A DNA stretch of 61,787 nt, counting the filler. It is 7 parts of 7 records of this genome, joined end to end, with 100 filler letters (N's around TTAATTAATTAA, not from the genome) between each part and the next. Parts side by side here need not be neighbours in the genome. Positions count along the whole stretch, not along the records: positions 42,324 to 49,430 come from DRR723986_4251; positions 49,531 to 55,778 come from DRR723986_4254; 5 more parts are not named here. One strand, 5' to 3'. How positions within the stretch are numbered: the first letter of the stretch is position 1; each line of letters begins with the position of its first letter. Under the pieces are notes generated by a model. The model did no database searches. It was not told the origin of the DNA and saw only the letters and a program-made list of their open reading frames with translations. Shown piece after piece: positions 42,224 through 52,250 of the stretch. The position numbers and the translations under genes were made by a program.

Positions 42224-42323
42224 NNNNNNNNNNNNNNNNNNNNNNNNNNNNNNNNNNNNNNNNNNNNTTAATTAATTAANNNNNNNNNNNNNNNNNNNNN
42301 NNNNNNNNNNNNNNNNNNNNNNN
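42224..42323. other. Artificial contig spacer
   Basis: N44-TTAATTAATTAA-N44. Confidence 0.99.
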
Positions 42324-42686
42324 GTCGACCAGCATACCCATCTTGCGGGTGAACTCGCCGTTGCCGTCAGGCAGCAGGAAGATGTTCTTGTTGCCCTGCT
42401 CCTTGCCCCACTTGAACATCACGAACGCGTCGTTGACAGAAATACAGACAATCTCGTCGACGCCCAGCGCCTTGAACTCGTCGTACAGCTCGTCGTAACG
42501 CGGCAGGTGGTTGGAGGAACAGGTGGGCGTGAACGCGCCCGGCAGTGAAAACACCACCACTTTCTTGCCGCCGAAAATGTCTTCGGTGGTCTTGTCTTCC
42601 CAGCGGTAGGGGTTTTCACCTGCCACTGATTCGTCACGCACGCGGGTCTTGAACACAACGTGGGGTACATGGTTTACAACAGTCAT
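42324..42686 (-). CDS. Prx5-type peroxiredoxin, 3' truncated
   Basis: FSLPGAFTPTCS..HLP, SVNDAFVM, PDGNGEFT. Confidence 0.92.
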
Positions 42687-42752
42687 TACGATCTCCTTGG
42701 GAGTTAATTTGTTGAACGGAGCTATTATCCGAGATCTTATACGATCGGTAAA

Positions 42753-42789
42753 ATGAATTAGATTGATTGAATTGATAGTTTTTTCCGAT
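42753..42789. promoter_or_regulatory. Candidate OxyR site upstream of the peroxiredoxin
   Basis: ATGA-N7-TGAT-N7-ATAG-N7-CGAT in an AT-rich tract. Confidence 0.6.
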
Positions 42790-42814
42790 TAATGGTTTCC
42801 CCAGGCAGACGGCC

Positions 42815-43909
42815 TCAGCCAAAGGCCAACAGCGGCAGACCCAGGGCATCGGCCACGGGGCCGTAGGTCACCCCACCCTGCCAGGTATTCAGGCCCATCC
42901 CCAGCCCCGGATCCTGGCGCAGGGCCTCCAGGCCGAGATCCGCCAGCTGCCTGATATAAGGCAGGGTGCGCGAGGTCAGCGCATTGGTCGAGGTGCGGGG
43001 ATAGGCCCCAGGCATATTGGTGACGCAGTAGTGGATAACATCATGGACCACGTAAACCGGGTCGGAATGGGAAGTTGGCCGGGCGGTCTCAATGCAGCCA
43101 CCCTGGTCAATACTGACATCCACCACCACTGAGCCCGCCCGCATGCTGCGCACCATGGCCTCACTCACCACGTGGGGCGCTCGCGTGCCGGCCAGCAGCA
43201 CCGCACCCACCACCAGGTCCATATCGGCGATATTGCCGGCGATAGAGGCCGGCGTGGAATCGACGTAGCCGACGCCGAGCTCCCGCAGCCGCGGGTTAGC
43301 ATCGTATTTGGCTCGAATCCGGCCGAAGATGGTGACCTCCGCCCCCATCGCCGCGGCGGTCATGGCCGCATGCTGGCCGACCACGCCGGCGCCGATGACC
43401 ATCACCTTGCCGTGTTGCTCACCGAGGACCGAACCCAGCTGCACCCCGCTGCCGCCGTTGAACTTTGCCAGGTAATAACTGCCCATCAGTGCCGCCATGT
43501 TGCCGGCAACTGCGCTCATCGGCGCCAGCAACGGTAGCCGGCCCTCCGCGTCTTCTACGGTTTCATAGGCTATCCCGGTGGTACCTGCGGCCAGCAGGGC
43601 ATCGGTCAGGGTCGGGGTCACCCCGGCCAGGTGCAGGTAAGTGAACAGGATGTTGTCACCCAGACAGGCATACTCCTGCTCCAGCGGCTCCTTGACCTTG
43701 ACCACCAGTTCCGTAGCCCAGGCGTCCGCCGCACTGACCAGACTAGCCCCGGCGTCGCGGTACTGCTGATCAGTAAAGCCGGAGCCGTCGCCGGCCCCGG
43801 TTTCCACCAGCACCTCGTGCCCCGCCCCGGTCAGGCTGGCAGCGCCCGCGGGCGTCATGGCCACCCGGTTCTCGCGATTCTTGATTTCCCTGGGTACCCC
43901 GATACGCAT
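42815..43909 (-). CDS. ald: Alanine dehydrogenase
   Basis: MRIGVPREIK..ENRV, VKVKEP, FTYLHLA, PLLAPMS, IGAGVVG, IDQGGC, HYCVTNMPG. Confidence 0.94.
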   Translation of the reverse strand: MRIGVPREIKNRENRVAMTPAGAASLTGAGHEVLVETGAGDGSGFTDQQYRDAGASLVSAADAWATELVVKVKEPLEQEYACLGDNILFTYLHLAGVTPTLTDALLAAGTTGIAYETVEDAEGRLPLLAPMSAVAGNMAALMGSYYLAKFNGGSGVQLGSVLGEQHGKVMVIGAGVVGQHAAMTAAAMGAEVTIFGRIRAKYDANPRLRELGVGYVDSTPASIAGNIADMDLVVGAVLLAGTRAPHVVSEAMVRSMRAGSVVVDVSIDQGGCIETARPTSHSDPVYVVHDVIHYCVTNMPGAYPRTSTNALTSRTLPYIRQLADLGLEALRQDPGLGMGLNTWQGGVTYGPVADALGLPLLAFG

Positions 43910-44032
43910 GGCAGCATCTCCTGTCGCTGAACATGGGCATGCTGCGCGCGGGCCGCTGCCGAATCCTTAATCCGAATCAACATTGGGCGATTTAGTGTTG
44001 ATCCGGCCGACAGCGCCCGCCGTAACCGCTGC

Positions 44033-45076
44033 ATGCGCTCGCTCACTGTCCTGCTTACCGCCCTCTTGATCAGCCCCCTGCTCATGAGCTGTACCGCCGC
44101 ACCGGCCTACCAGGGCGAGATCTCCGATCACTTCAACGGCACCCACTTCGTCAATCGCGAGCCGATGGAGAAAACCGGCTGGGACCTGCTCAAACTGGGC
44201 TGGGGCACCCTGAGCGACGCTGCCGAGTGGCCGGAATGGATTGCTATCGAGCCGCAGCAGGTGCCCAGTGAACGCGTAAGCGACGGTCTATCTGTCACCT
44301 TCATCAACCATGCGACCTTCCTGATCCAGGTAGACGGGCTCAATATCCTGACAGATCCGGTCTACGCCGAGCGGGTGAGTCCGTCGCGGCACGTGGGCCC
44401 GAAACGGGTGCACGACCCCGGTATCCGGCTGGAAGACCTGCCGCCGATCGATGTGATCATCATCAGCCACAATCACTATGACCACCTGGACGAAGAGACC
44501 CTGGGCTACTTTATTAACGGGTCCGGGCAGCAACCCCTTATCCTCGCCGGCCTGGGCAATGGCAAGCTGCTGGAATCCCTCGGATCGACCCGCCACCAGG
44601 ACCTCGACTGGGAACAGAGCATCAGCCTGGACGAGGTGGAATTCCTGTTCAGCGAGTGCCGGCACCGCTCCGGGCGGGGGGCCAGCGACCAGATGAAAAC
44701 CCTGTGGGGTTCCTTTGTCATTAAAACCTCCCAGGGCAATCTCTACTTCGCCGGCGACACGGGCTACGGGCCGCACCTGGCGGAAACCGGGGACCGGCAC
44801 GGCCCCTTCGCCCTGGCACTGCTCCCCATCGGCGCCTACGAGCCACGCTGGTTCATGAAAGATATCCATCTCAATCCCGCCGAGGCGGTGCAGGCCCACC
44901 GGGACTTGCGCAGCCAGCACAGCGTGGGCATCCACTTTGGCACCTTCCAGTTGACCTACGAGGCCATAGACCAACCGCTGATCGATCTCGAGGCCGCGCT
45001 GCGCGCGGAGGCCATCGGCGCCAGTGAATTCCGGGTGATGGCGGTGGGTGATACCTGGCAAATACCCACCCCCTGA
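44033..45076 (+). CDS. MBL-fold metallohydrolase lipoprotein (RomA/NAPE-PLD-like)
   Basis: LMSC lipobox-like motif; ISHNHYDHLD, YFAGDTGY, LPIGAYEPRW, IHFGTF. Confidence 0.88.
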   Translation: MRSLTVLLTALLISPLLMSCTAAPAYQGEISDHFNGTHFVNREPMEKTGWDLLKLGWGTLSDAAEWPEWIAIEPQQVPSERVSDGLSVTFINHATFLIQVDGLNILTDPVYAERVSPSRHVGPKRVHDPGIRLEDLPPIDVIIISHNHYDHLDEETLGYFINGSGQQPLILAGLGNGKLLESLGSTRHQDLDWEQSISLDEVEFLFSECRHRSGRGASDQMKTLWGSFVIKTSQGNLYFAGDTGYGPHLAETGDRHGPFALALLPIGAYEPRWFMKDIHLNPAEAVQAHRDLRSQHSVGIHFGTFQLTYEAIDQPLIDLEAALRAEAIGASEFRVMAVGDTWQIPTP

Positions 45077-45215
45077 CACCCCCGGGGGAGTTGATCAAGG
45101 TCAGGCCGGCGGCAGGAAGCGGTTGCATCACTCCCCGACTCATCTAAGCTGAAGGTAATCGCGTTGGGGGCCGTTACGACTACCCCCATCACCGCCGATA
45201 AAAAAGGATTCTCAC

Positions 45216-47132
45216 ATGACTACCCGACTTTCCCGCACCCTGGCCATCGTAACCTGCCTGACCGCCGCTGCGGCCAGTGCCCAGGTCCCTCCACCCGCAG
45301 ACACCGCAGGGCTGGCGAAGGCCTACACCGGTAAAGCCTACTCGCCCTACGCCGGGCGCAATTTCGCCACCGGTGTGTACTGGGGCGATACCCACCTGCA
45401 TACCGATATCTCGATGGATGCGGGGGCCTTCGGTAACCGGCTGGGCCTCGACGAGGCCTATCGCTTCGCCCGGGGGGAGGAAGTGAGCTCCAACACCGCC
45501 GGCCGGGTGCGCCTGTCGCGCCCGCTGGACTTCCTGGTCATTGCCGACCACTCCGACAACATGGGGTTTTTCCCTGACATGCTGTCTGGCGCGTCGCATA
45601 TCCTGTCGGATCCGACCGGCAAGGACTGGTACAACCGTATCCTGGCCGGCGAGGGCGTGGGCGTGGCCCTTGAATTGATCGGCAAGTTTTCCCAGGGCGA
45701 ATTCCCTGACAGCCTGGTCTACCGGCCCGATTCCGCCCCCTACAAGGATGCCTGGGCAAGAACCGTGGCCGCTGCCGAAAAGTACAACGAGCCCGGCGTA
45801 TTCACCGCATTCATCGGCTACGAGTGGACGTCCCTGGTAAAGGGCAACAATATGCACCGGGTGGTAGTCTACCGCGACGGCGGTGACCGGGGTGGCCAGA
45901 TGGTGCCCTTCACCACCATGGAACCCGAGGGCAGCACCACACCGAGAAAGCTCTGGGCCTGGATGGATGAGTACGAAAAGTCGACCGGCGGCGATGTGCT
46001 GGCTATTCCGCATAACGGCAACCTGGCTAACGGCATCATGTTCCCGATGGACAAGCAGAGCGATGGCAAGCGGATTGACGCGGAATATGTCGCCCTGCGG
46101 GACAAATGGGAGCCGCTGTACGAGGCCACCCAGATCAAGGGCGACGGCGAAACTCATCCCTTCCTCTCGCCCAACGACGAGTTTGCCGATTACGAAACCT
46201 GGGACATCGGCAACCTGGATGTCTCGGAAGCCAAGACCGATGACATGCTGGCCGGTGAGTACGCCCGGGAGGGCCTCAAGCGCGGCCTGCAGCTGGCAGC
46301 CAAATACGGCACCAATCCCTACAAGTTCGGCATGATTGGCTCTACCGACAGCCATACCTCGCTGGCCACCGCGCAGGAAGACAACTTCTTCGGCAAGCAC
46401 TCGGGCGCCGAGCCCTCGCCGGAGCGGATGGCGCACGCGTTCATGAGCACTGACAAAGGCACCATCATGGGCTGGCAGATGGTGGCATCCGGCCTGGCCG
46501 CCGTGTGGGCCAGGGACAATACCCGCGAAGCCCTGTTTGATGCCATGGCCCGCAAGGAAGTGTACGCAACCACCGGCAGCCGCATGATGGTGCGTTTTTT
46601 TGGTGGCTGGAACTTTACCCTGGCTGACCTCGGCGGCAATCGCCAGCCCGCCTTTACCGGCTACAGCAAAGGCGTACCCATGGGCAGCGACCTGCCGCCC
46701 AAAGGGATGAAAAACGCGCCCAGCTTCATGGTCTACGCGCTGCGCGACCCGGTAGGCGCCAACCTGGATCGCATCCAGATCATCAAGGGCTGGTATGACG
46801 GCGGCAAGCTGCAGGAGAAGGTATTCGACGTGAGCTGGTCAGGAGAGCGCCAGCCTGGCACCGACGGCAAGCTGCCGCCGGTGGGCAATACGGTGAGCGC
46901 TCCCAGCGCGAGCTGGACCAACACCATCGGCGCAGCGGAGCTGGGCACGGTCTGGACCGATCCCGAGTTCAACCCGAAGCACCGCGCCTTTTACTACGCC
47001 CGGGTGATCGAGATCCCCACCCCGCGCTGGTCAACCTATGACGCCTTCCGCTTCGGGGTCGACATTCCCGAGGGCGCGCCCGCCTCCACCCAGGAACGGG
47101 CCTACACCTCGCCGATATGGTATACGCCCTGA
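45216..47132 (+). CDS. Secreted DUF3604 (PHP-like metallohydrolase) protein
   Basis: Signal peptide; WGDTHLHT, DFLVIADHSD, GYEWTS, IPHNGN, GSTDSH, QERAYTSPIWY. Confidence 0.85.
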   Translation: MTTRLSRTLAIVTCLTAAAASAQVPPPADTAGLAKAYTGKAYSPYAGRNFATGVYWGDTHLHTDISMDAGAFGNRLGLDEAYRFARGEEVSSNTAGRVRLSRPLDFLVIADHSDNMGFFPDMLSGASHILSDPTGKDWYNRILAGEGVGVALELIGKFSQGEFPDSLVYRPDSAPYKDAWARTVAAAEKYNEPGVFTAFIGYEWTSLVKGNNMHRVVVYRDGGDRGGQMVPFTTMEPEGSTTPRKLWAWMDEYEKSTGGDVLAIPHNGNLANGIMFPMDKQSDGKRIDAEYVALRDKWEPLYEATQIKGDGETHPFLSPNDEFADYETWDIGNLDVSEAKTDDMLAGEYAREGLKRGLQLAAKYGTNPYKFGMIGSTDSHTSLATAQEDNFFGKHSGAEPSPERMAHAFMSTDKGTIMGWQMVASGLAAVWARDNTREALFDAMARKEVYATTGSRMMVRFFGGWNFTLADLGGNRQPAFTGYSKGVPMGSDLPPKGMKNAPSFMVYALRDPVGANLDRIQIIKGWYDGGKLQEKVFDVSWSGERQPGTDGKLPPVGNTVSAPSASWTNTIGAAELGTVWTDPEFNPKHRAFYYARVIEIPTPRWSTYDAFRFGVDIPEGAPASTQERAYTSPIWYTP

Positions 47133-47863
47133 GTCATGAGCTGCGCCGGCTGCTGTCGGCGCTGACCTTGATCGTCATGCCCATAGCCGGAGCAACCGAG
47201 GTACCCATCCCGCCGGAGCGGGCACGGATGCTGGCCGCGATCGAACACTCAGTGGCCAACGCCGCAGACTACACCGGCCTGAAAACGCTTAGCCCCCGGG
47301 TGATGCAGGCGATGGCCTCGGTGCCACGGGAGGAGTTCGTGCTCCCCGCCTACCGGCACCAGGCCTACGACAACACCCCGCTGCCCATCGCCGGTGGCCA
47401 GACCATCTCACAACCACTGATCGTCGCCCTGATGACCGAGCTGCTGGACCCCCAGCCCGGCGACGTGGTGCTGGAAGTGGGCACTGGCTCAGGCTACCAG
47501 GCCGCCGTGCTCTCGGGCCTGGTAGCGCAGGTCTACAGCATTGAAATTGTGGAGGAACTGGCCCGGGAGTCCGCCGAGGTTCTGGCGCGGCTTGGTTATG
47601 ACAATGTGTCGGTTCGCGCAGGCGACGGCTACGCCGGCTGGCCGGAGCAGGCGCCATTCGACGGCATTATCGTGACAGCAGCACCCGACCAGATACCGCC
47701 ACCGCTGCTGGCCCAGCTCAAGCCGGGCGGCCACCTGGTAATTCCGGTCGGCGCGCGGCATGGCTACCAGGAATTACTGCTGGTTACCGTGGATGAAGAA
47801 GGTAATCTGCAACAGCAGTCGAAACTGCCGGTACGTTTCGTGCCGCTGACCGGCGACCGTTAG
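47117..47863 (+). CDS. pcm: Protein-L-isoaspartate O-methyltransferase
   Basis: VPREEFV, GQTISQP, VLEVGTGSGYQAAVL, APFDGIIVTAA, VRFVPL; start uncertain. Confidence 0.9.
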   Translation: MVYALSHELRRLLSALTLIVMPIAGATEVPIPPERARMLAAIEHSVANAADYTGLKTLSPRVMQAMASVPREEFVLPAYRHQAYDNTPLPIAGGQTISQPLIVALMTELLDPQPGDVVLEVGTGSGYQAAVLSGLVAQVYSIEIVEELARESAEVLARLGYDNVSVRAGDGYAGWPEQAPFDGIIVTAAPDQIPPPLLAQLKPGGHLVIPVGARHGYQELLLVTVDEEGNLQQQSKLPVRFVPLTGDR

Positions 47864-47873
47864 GCGCTCGCGC

Positions 47874-48446
47874 TCAGCTGTCCAGCCACTTATCAACCGG
47901 CGCCGGCTGAAATGCCAGCAGGCGCTCCAACAGGGCCCGCGGCTCCGTGTCCACCAGCAACAGCTCCCGGTGTTCCCGGCGGATAAAGCGCTCCGTCACC
48001 GCGTGGTCCAGGAATGCCAGCAGCTGATCGTAATATCCGTCAACGTTCAACAATCCCACCGGCTTGTGGTGAAAGCCCAGCTGGTTCCAGGTCCAGACCT
48101 CGAACAACTCCTCCAGGGTACCGAGGCCGCCAGGCATGGCGATCATCGCGTCGGACCGGGAGAACATGCTCATCTTGCGCTCGTGCATGGAGTCTACAAC
48201 TACCAACTCGGTAAGGCCGGTATGCTCCACTTCCTTGTCGGCGATATCGGCAGGGATGACGCCGACTACCTTACCGCCTGCCGCGAGGGCGGCATCCGCC
48301 GCCACGCCCATCAGCCCGACATGGCCACCGCCGTAAACCAGGGTAATCCCGCGCTGGGCCAGCTCCTTCGCCAGTGACCCGGCGGCGGCACGGTAGGACG
48401 GCCGGGCGCCGGGGCTGGATCCCGTATACAGGCAGATGGCTTGCAT
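47874..48446 (-). CDS. LOG-family nucleotide phosphoribohydrolase (TIGR00730-type)
   Basis: LVYGGG.VGLMG, MHERK, PGGLGTLEE. Confidence 0.92.
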   Translation of the reverse strand: MQAICLYTGSSPGARPSYRAAAGSLAKELAQRGITLVYGGGHVGLMGVAADAALAAGGKVVGVIPADIADKEVEHTGLTELVVVDSMHERKMSMFSRSDAMIAMPGGLGTLEELFEVWTWNQLGFHHKPVGLLNVDGYYDQLLAFLDHAVTERFIRREHRELLLVDTEPRALLERLLAFQPAPVDKWLDS

Positions 48447-48457
48447 GCGGTGCCCCG

Positions 48458-49430
48458 CTACAGCGGGGAGCGACCTTTTTCGGCGGCGATGCGCATACGC
48501 AGTGCGTTGAGCTTGATGAAGCCCTCGGCGTCTGCCTGATCGTAGGCACCGGCATCTTCCTCGAAGGTGGCGATATGCTCGTCGAACAGACTGTCGCTGG
48601 ACTGGCGCCCGGCGACAATGACATTGCCCTTGTACAACTTGAGCCGCACCTTGCCGTTTACATGCACCTGGGAGGCGTCGATGGCCGTCTGCAGCATTTT
48701 GCGCTCCGGCGACCACCAGTAACCGTTGTAGATCAACTTGGCGTAACGCGGCATCAGCTCGTCCTTGAGGTGGGCCACTTCCCGATCCAGGGTGAGCGAC
48801 TCGATTGCCCGGTGCGCCTTGAGCATGATGGTGCCACCCGGTGTCTCGTAACAACCCCGCGACTTCATGCCCACATAGCGGTTCTCGACGATGTCATCGC
48901 GGCCGATGCCATTGGCGCCGCCGAGGGCATTCAGCTTCTCCAGCACCGTCGCCGGGCTCATCGCCTGGCCGTCGATCGCGACAATATCGCCAGCGACAAA
49001 ATCAAGCTCGATATAGGTGGGCTGGTCCGGCGCTGCCTCGGGGCTCACACTCCAGCGCCACATATCCTCCTCGGCCTCCGCCCAGGGATCCTCAAGCACC
49101 CCACCCTCGTAGGAGATGTGCAGCAGATTGGCATCCATCGAGTAAGGGGATTTTTTCTTTGAACTGGCGAAGTCCACCGGAATATTGCGGCTTTCGCAGT
49201 AGGCCATCAGCGACTCGCGGGAGCTCAGGTCCCACTCGCGCCAGGGAGCGATTACCTTGATGCCCGGCTTGAGCGCATACGCGCCCAGCTCAAAGCGCAC
49301 CTGGTCATTACCCTTGCCCGTGGCACCATGGGAGATGGTGTCGGCGCCCGTCTCATTGGCGATTTCGATCAGGCGCTTGGCGATCAGGGGGCGGGCTATC
49401 GAGGTGCCCAGCAGGTATTCACCCTCGTAC
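48458..49430 (-). CDS. argG: Argininosuccinate synthase, 5' truncated
   Basis: [60 protein letters not shown]. Confidence 0.96.
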
Positions 49431-49530
49431 NNNNNNNNNNNNNNNNNNNNNNNNNNNNNNNNNNNNNNNNNNNNTTAATTAATTAANNNNNNNNNNNNNN
49501 NNNNNNNNNNNNNNNNNNNNNNNNNNNNNN
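49431..49530. other. Artificial contig spacer
   Basis: N44-TTAATTAATTAA-N44. Confidence 0.99.
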
Positions 49531-52250
49531 GCCCCGACATGTCGGGGCTGCCGCCCGCAATCTCGCCCCTCCGGCTGCGGCTGCACTTGTCGCAAACCGT
49601 TTCGGCGCTGCTTGATCGCGAACCCGATCTCGCGCCGCGATCTTCGCTTTATGGCCTGTCTGACAGCCTTGCCGACCTGATGGGCGAGATGCAGGAAGAG
49701 GCCGTAACGCCAGAGACCGTGGCAGGGCTGGACGTGGGCAACCATTCCGCCCACTGGCAGCGATCACAGAAATTCCTTGGCATTGTCGCGCCCTATTTCG
49801 CGGGCAGCGACGATCACATGTCGGTCGAGGCGCGACAGGCTGCCGTGGTGGACCGGCTGGTGTCGCTGTGGTCCGTGGCCCCGCCCGATCATCCGATCAT
49901 CGTCGCAGGCTCCACCGGGTCGCGCGGTCCCACGGCCCGGTTTATGGAGGCCGTGGCGCATCTGCCGCAAGGCGCGGTGATCCTGCCGGGTTTTGATTTC
50001 GACCAGCCCCGCTCGGTCTGGGACCGTCTGACGGACCAGATGGGCGACAGTCTCAGCGGTGGTGAAGATCACCCGCAGTTTCGGTTCGCCAGTTTCGCCG
50101 CACGGGCGGGGATGCATCCTTGCGATGTGCAGCTCTGGGGCAGTGACGCGCCCGCCAACCCCGCCCGCAACCGGTTGATTTCGCTGGCATTGCGTCCCGC
50201 CCCCGTAACCGATCAGTGGTTGGAGGAAGGCCCCAAGCTTACCGACGTCGCGCAGGCCACAGACAGCCTTACGCTTATCGAAGCCGCCAGCCCGCAGCTG
50301 GAGGCCGCCGTCATCGCCCTGCGCCTGCGCCGCGCCATCGACGAGGGCAAGCGCGTCGCGTTGATCAGCCCGGACCGGGCGCTGACCCGGCAGGTTACGG
50401 CAGCTTTGGACCGCTGGCGGATCGAACCTGACGATTCCGCAGGCGAACCGCTGTCGCAAACCGCGCCGGGGCGTTTGCTGCTACATGTGGCGGGCGGGCT
50501 GTCGGACCGGATGACGGCCGAGGATCTACTGGTTCTGCTGAAACACCCGTTGACCCATTCGGGCAATGAGGCGCGCGGCGACCATCTGCGCCGCACCCGC
50601 GATCTGGAACTGAAACTGCTGCGCGGCAAACTGCCCTTCCCCACGCGCAGCGATCTGGTGGACTGGGCGGCCAAGCGTGAAACCGATCCGGGCGCGATGG
50701 ATTGGGCCGTTTGGGTTGCGGACGCAGCGCTGACCCTGCATGCGCCGGGGCCGCAGCCGCTGGCCGATCACGTTGCAAAGCATCTGGCCGCCACCTGCCT
50801 GCTGGCCGCGGGTCCGGGGGGCGAGGATGCAGGTGCGCTGTGGCAGAAGGACGAGGGCGGGAAAGCCCGCGTGCAGATGCAGGCGCTGGAGAGAGAGGCC
50901 GACGCAGGCGGCACCATGACCGCTGCGGAATACCGCGATTTCGTCGCCGCCGTGCTGCGCGAGGAAGAGGCGCGCGACCCGCTGGCCCCACATCCCGACA
51001 TCATGATCTGGGGCACGTTGGAAGCGCGAGTCATGGGCGCTGATCTTGTCATTCTGGCAGGGCTGAACGAAGGGTCGTGGCCCTCTGCGCCGGGGGCGGA
51101 CCCGTGGCTCAACCGCTGGATGCGCGCCAAGGCGGGGCTGCGCTTGCCCGACCGGGTGATTGGCCTCTCGGCCCATGATTTCCAGCAATCGGTGACGGGG
51201 GCCGAGGTCTGGCTGTGCCGGGCCAAGCGCGATGCGGAAACGGAAACCGTGCCGTCGCGCTGGCTGAACCGGATCGTGAACCTGATGAAGGGCGCAAGCC
51301 CCGAAAGCATGGCCGCGCTGGAGGCGATGATGGCCCGTGGCCGCGACTGGCTGGCGCTGGCGGAACGGCTGGATGAACCGGCCGAGCGCATTGCGCCTGC
51401 CAAGCGCCCCGCGCCCGCGCCACCCGCAGACCAGCGCCCCAACAGCCTGTCGGTGACACAGGTCGAAAAGCTGATCCGCGATCCCTATTGGGTCTACGCC
51501 CGCAAGGTGCTGGACCTCAAACCGCTCGACCCCCTGCGCCAGTCGCCCGATGCGCCGTTGCGCGGCACCATCCTGCATGACGTGCTGCACGATTTCATCA
51601 AGGCCACCTGGGATGGCCTGCCCGATCAGCCGGAAACGCTGCTGCTGGAGATTGCCGATCAGGTGCTGGACGCCACCGCGCCCTGGCCCGCCGCCCGCCG
51701 CCTGTGGCGCGCCCGGATCGAAAAGATCGCCCCTTGGTTCATCGCAACCGAACGGGACCGCCGGGCGCTGGGTGCCCCGTGGAAGCTGGAAGAAAAGGGG
51801 CAGGCGGAACTGGGCGCGCCGGGCTTTACCCTGACCGGCACCGCCGACCGGATCGACAGGGCCCCGGACGGGCGCATTCTTATATATGATTACAAGACCG
51901 GCAGCGCGCCCTCCAGGGATCAGGAAAAGGCGTTCAACAAGCAGCTCTGGCTAGAGGCCGCAATGGCCGCCAAAGGCGCGTTCGGAGAGCCGATGGACAC
52001 CGCGCTCATCGCCTATGTGGCGCTTGGGTCGGGGGGCGATGTGCGCGACCACCCCGTAACGCCGGGCGAGGTAGCCGAGATCATCGAAGGTTTTGGCAAG
52101 CTGCTGGACCATTACGGAAACGAAAACAACGGCTTCACCTCGCGTCGCGCGATGGAGAAGGTGCTGTTCGAGGGCGATTATGATCACCTCGCCCGGTTCG
52201 GAGAATGGGATGAAACTATGGCCGCAGAAACCGTAAAGGTGGGCCGATGA
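49531..52250 (+). CDS. addB: Double-strand break repair protein AddB, 5' truncated
   Basis: AGSTGS, GTLEAR, GLNEG.WP, GLSAHDF, RDPY, GTADRID..DYKTG nuclease, YDHLAR. Confidence 0.94.

Noticed and set aside
45091..45104. FNR-like TTGAT-CAAG-GTCAG upstream of DUF3604
   Set aside because: Two mismatches in one half-site and no supporting anaerobic context; could be chance.
47874..48854. 326-aa LOG protein with a long N-terminal extension
   Set aside because: The extension overlaps argG in another frame; the family-typical start is ATG 48446.
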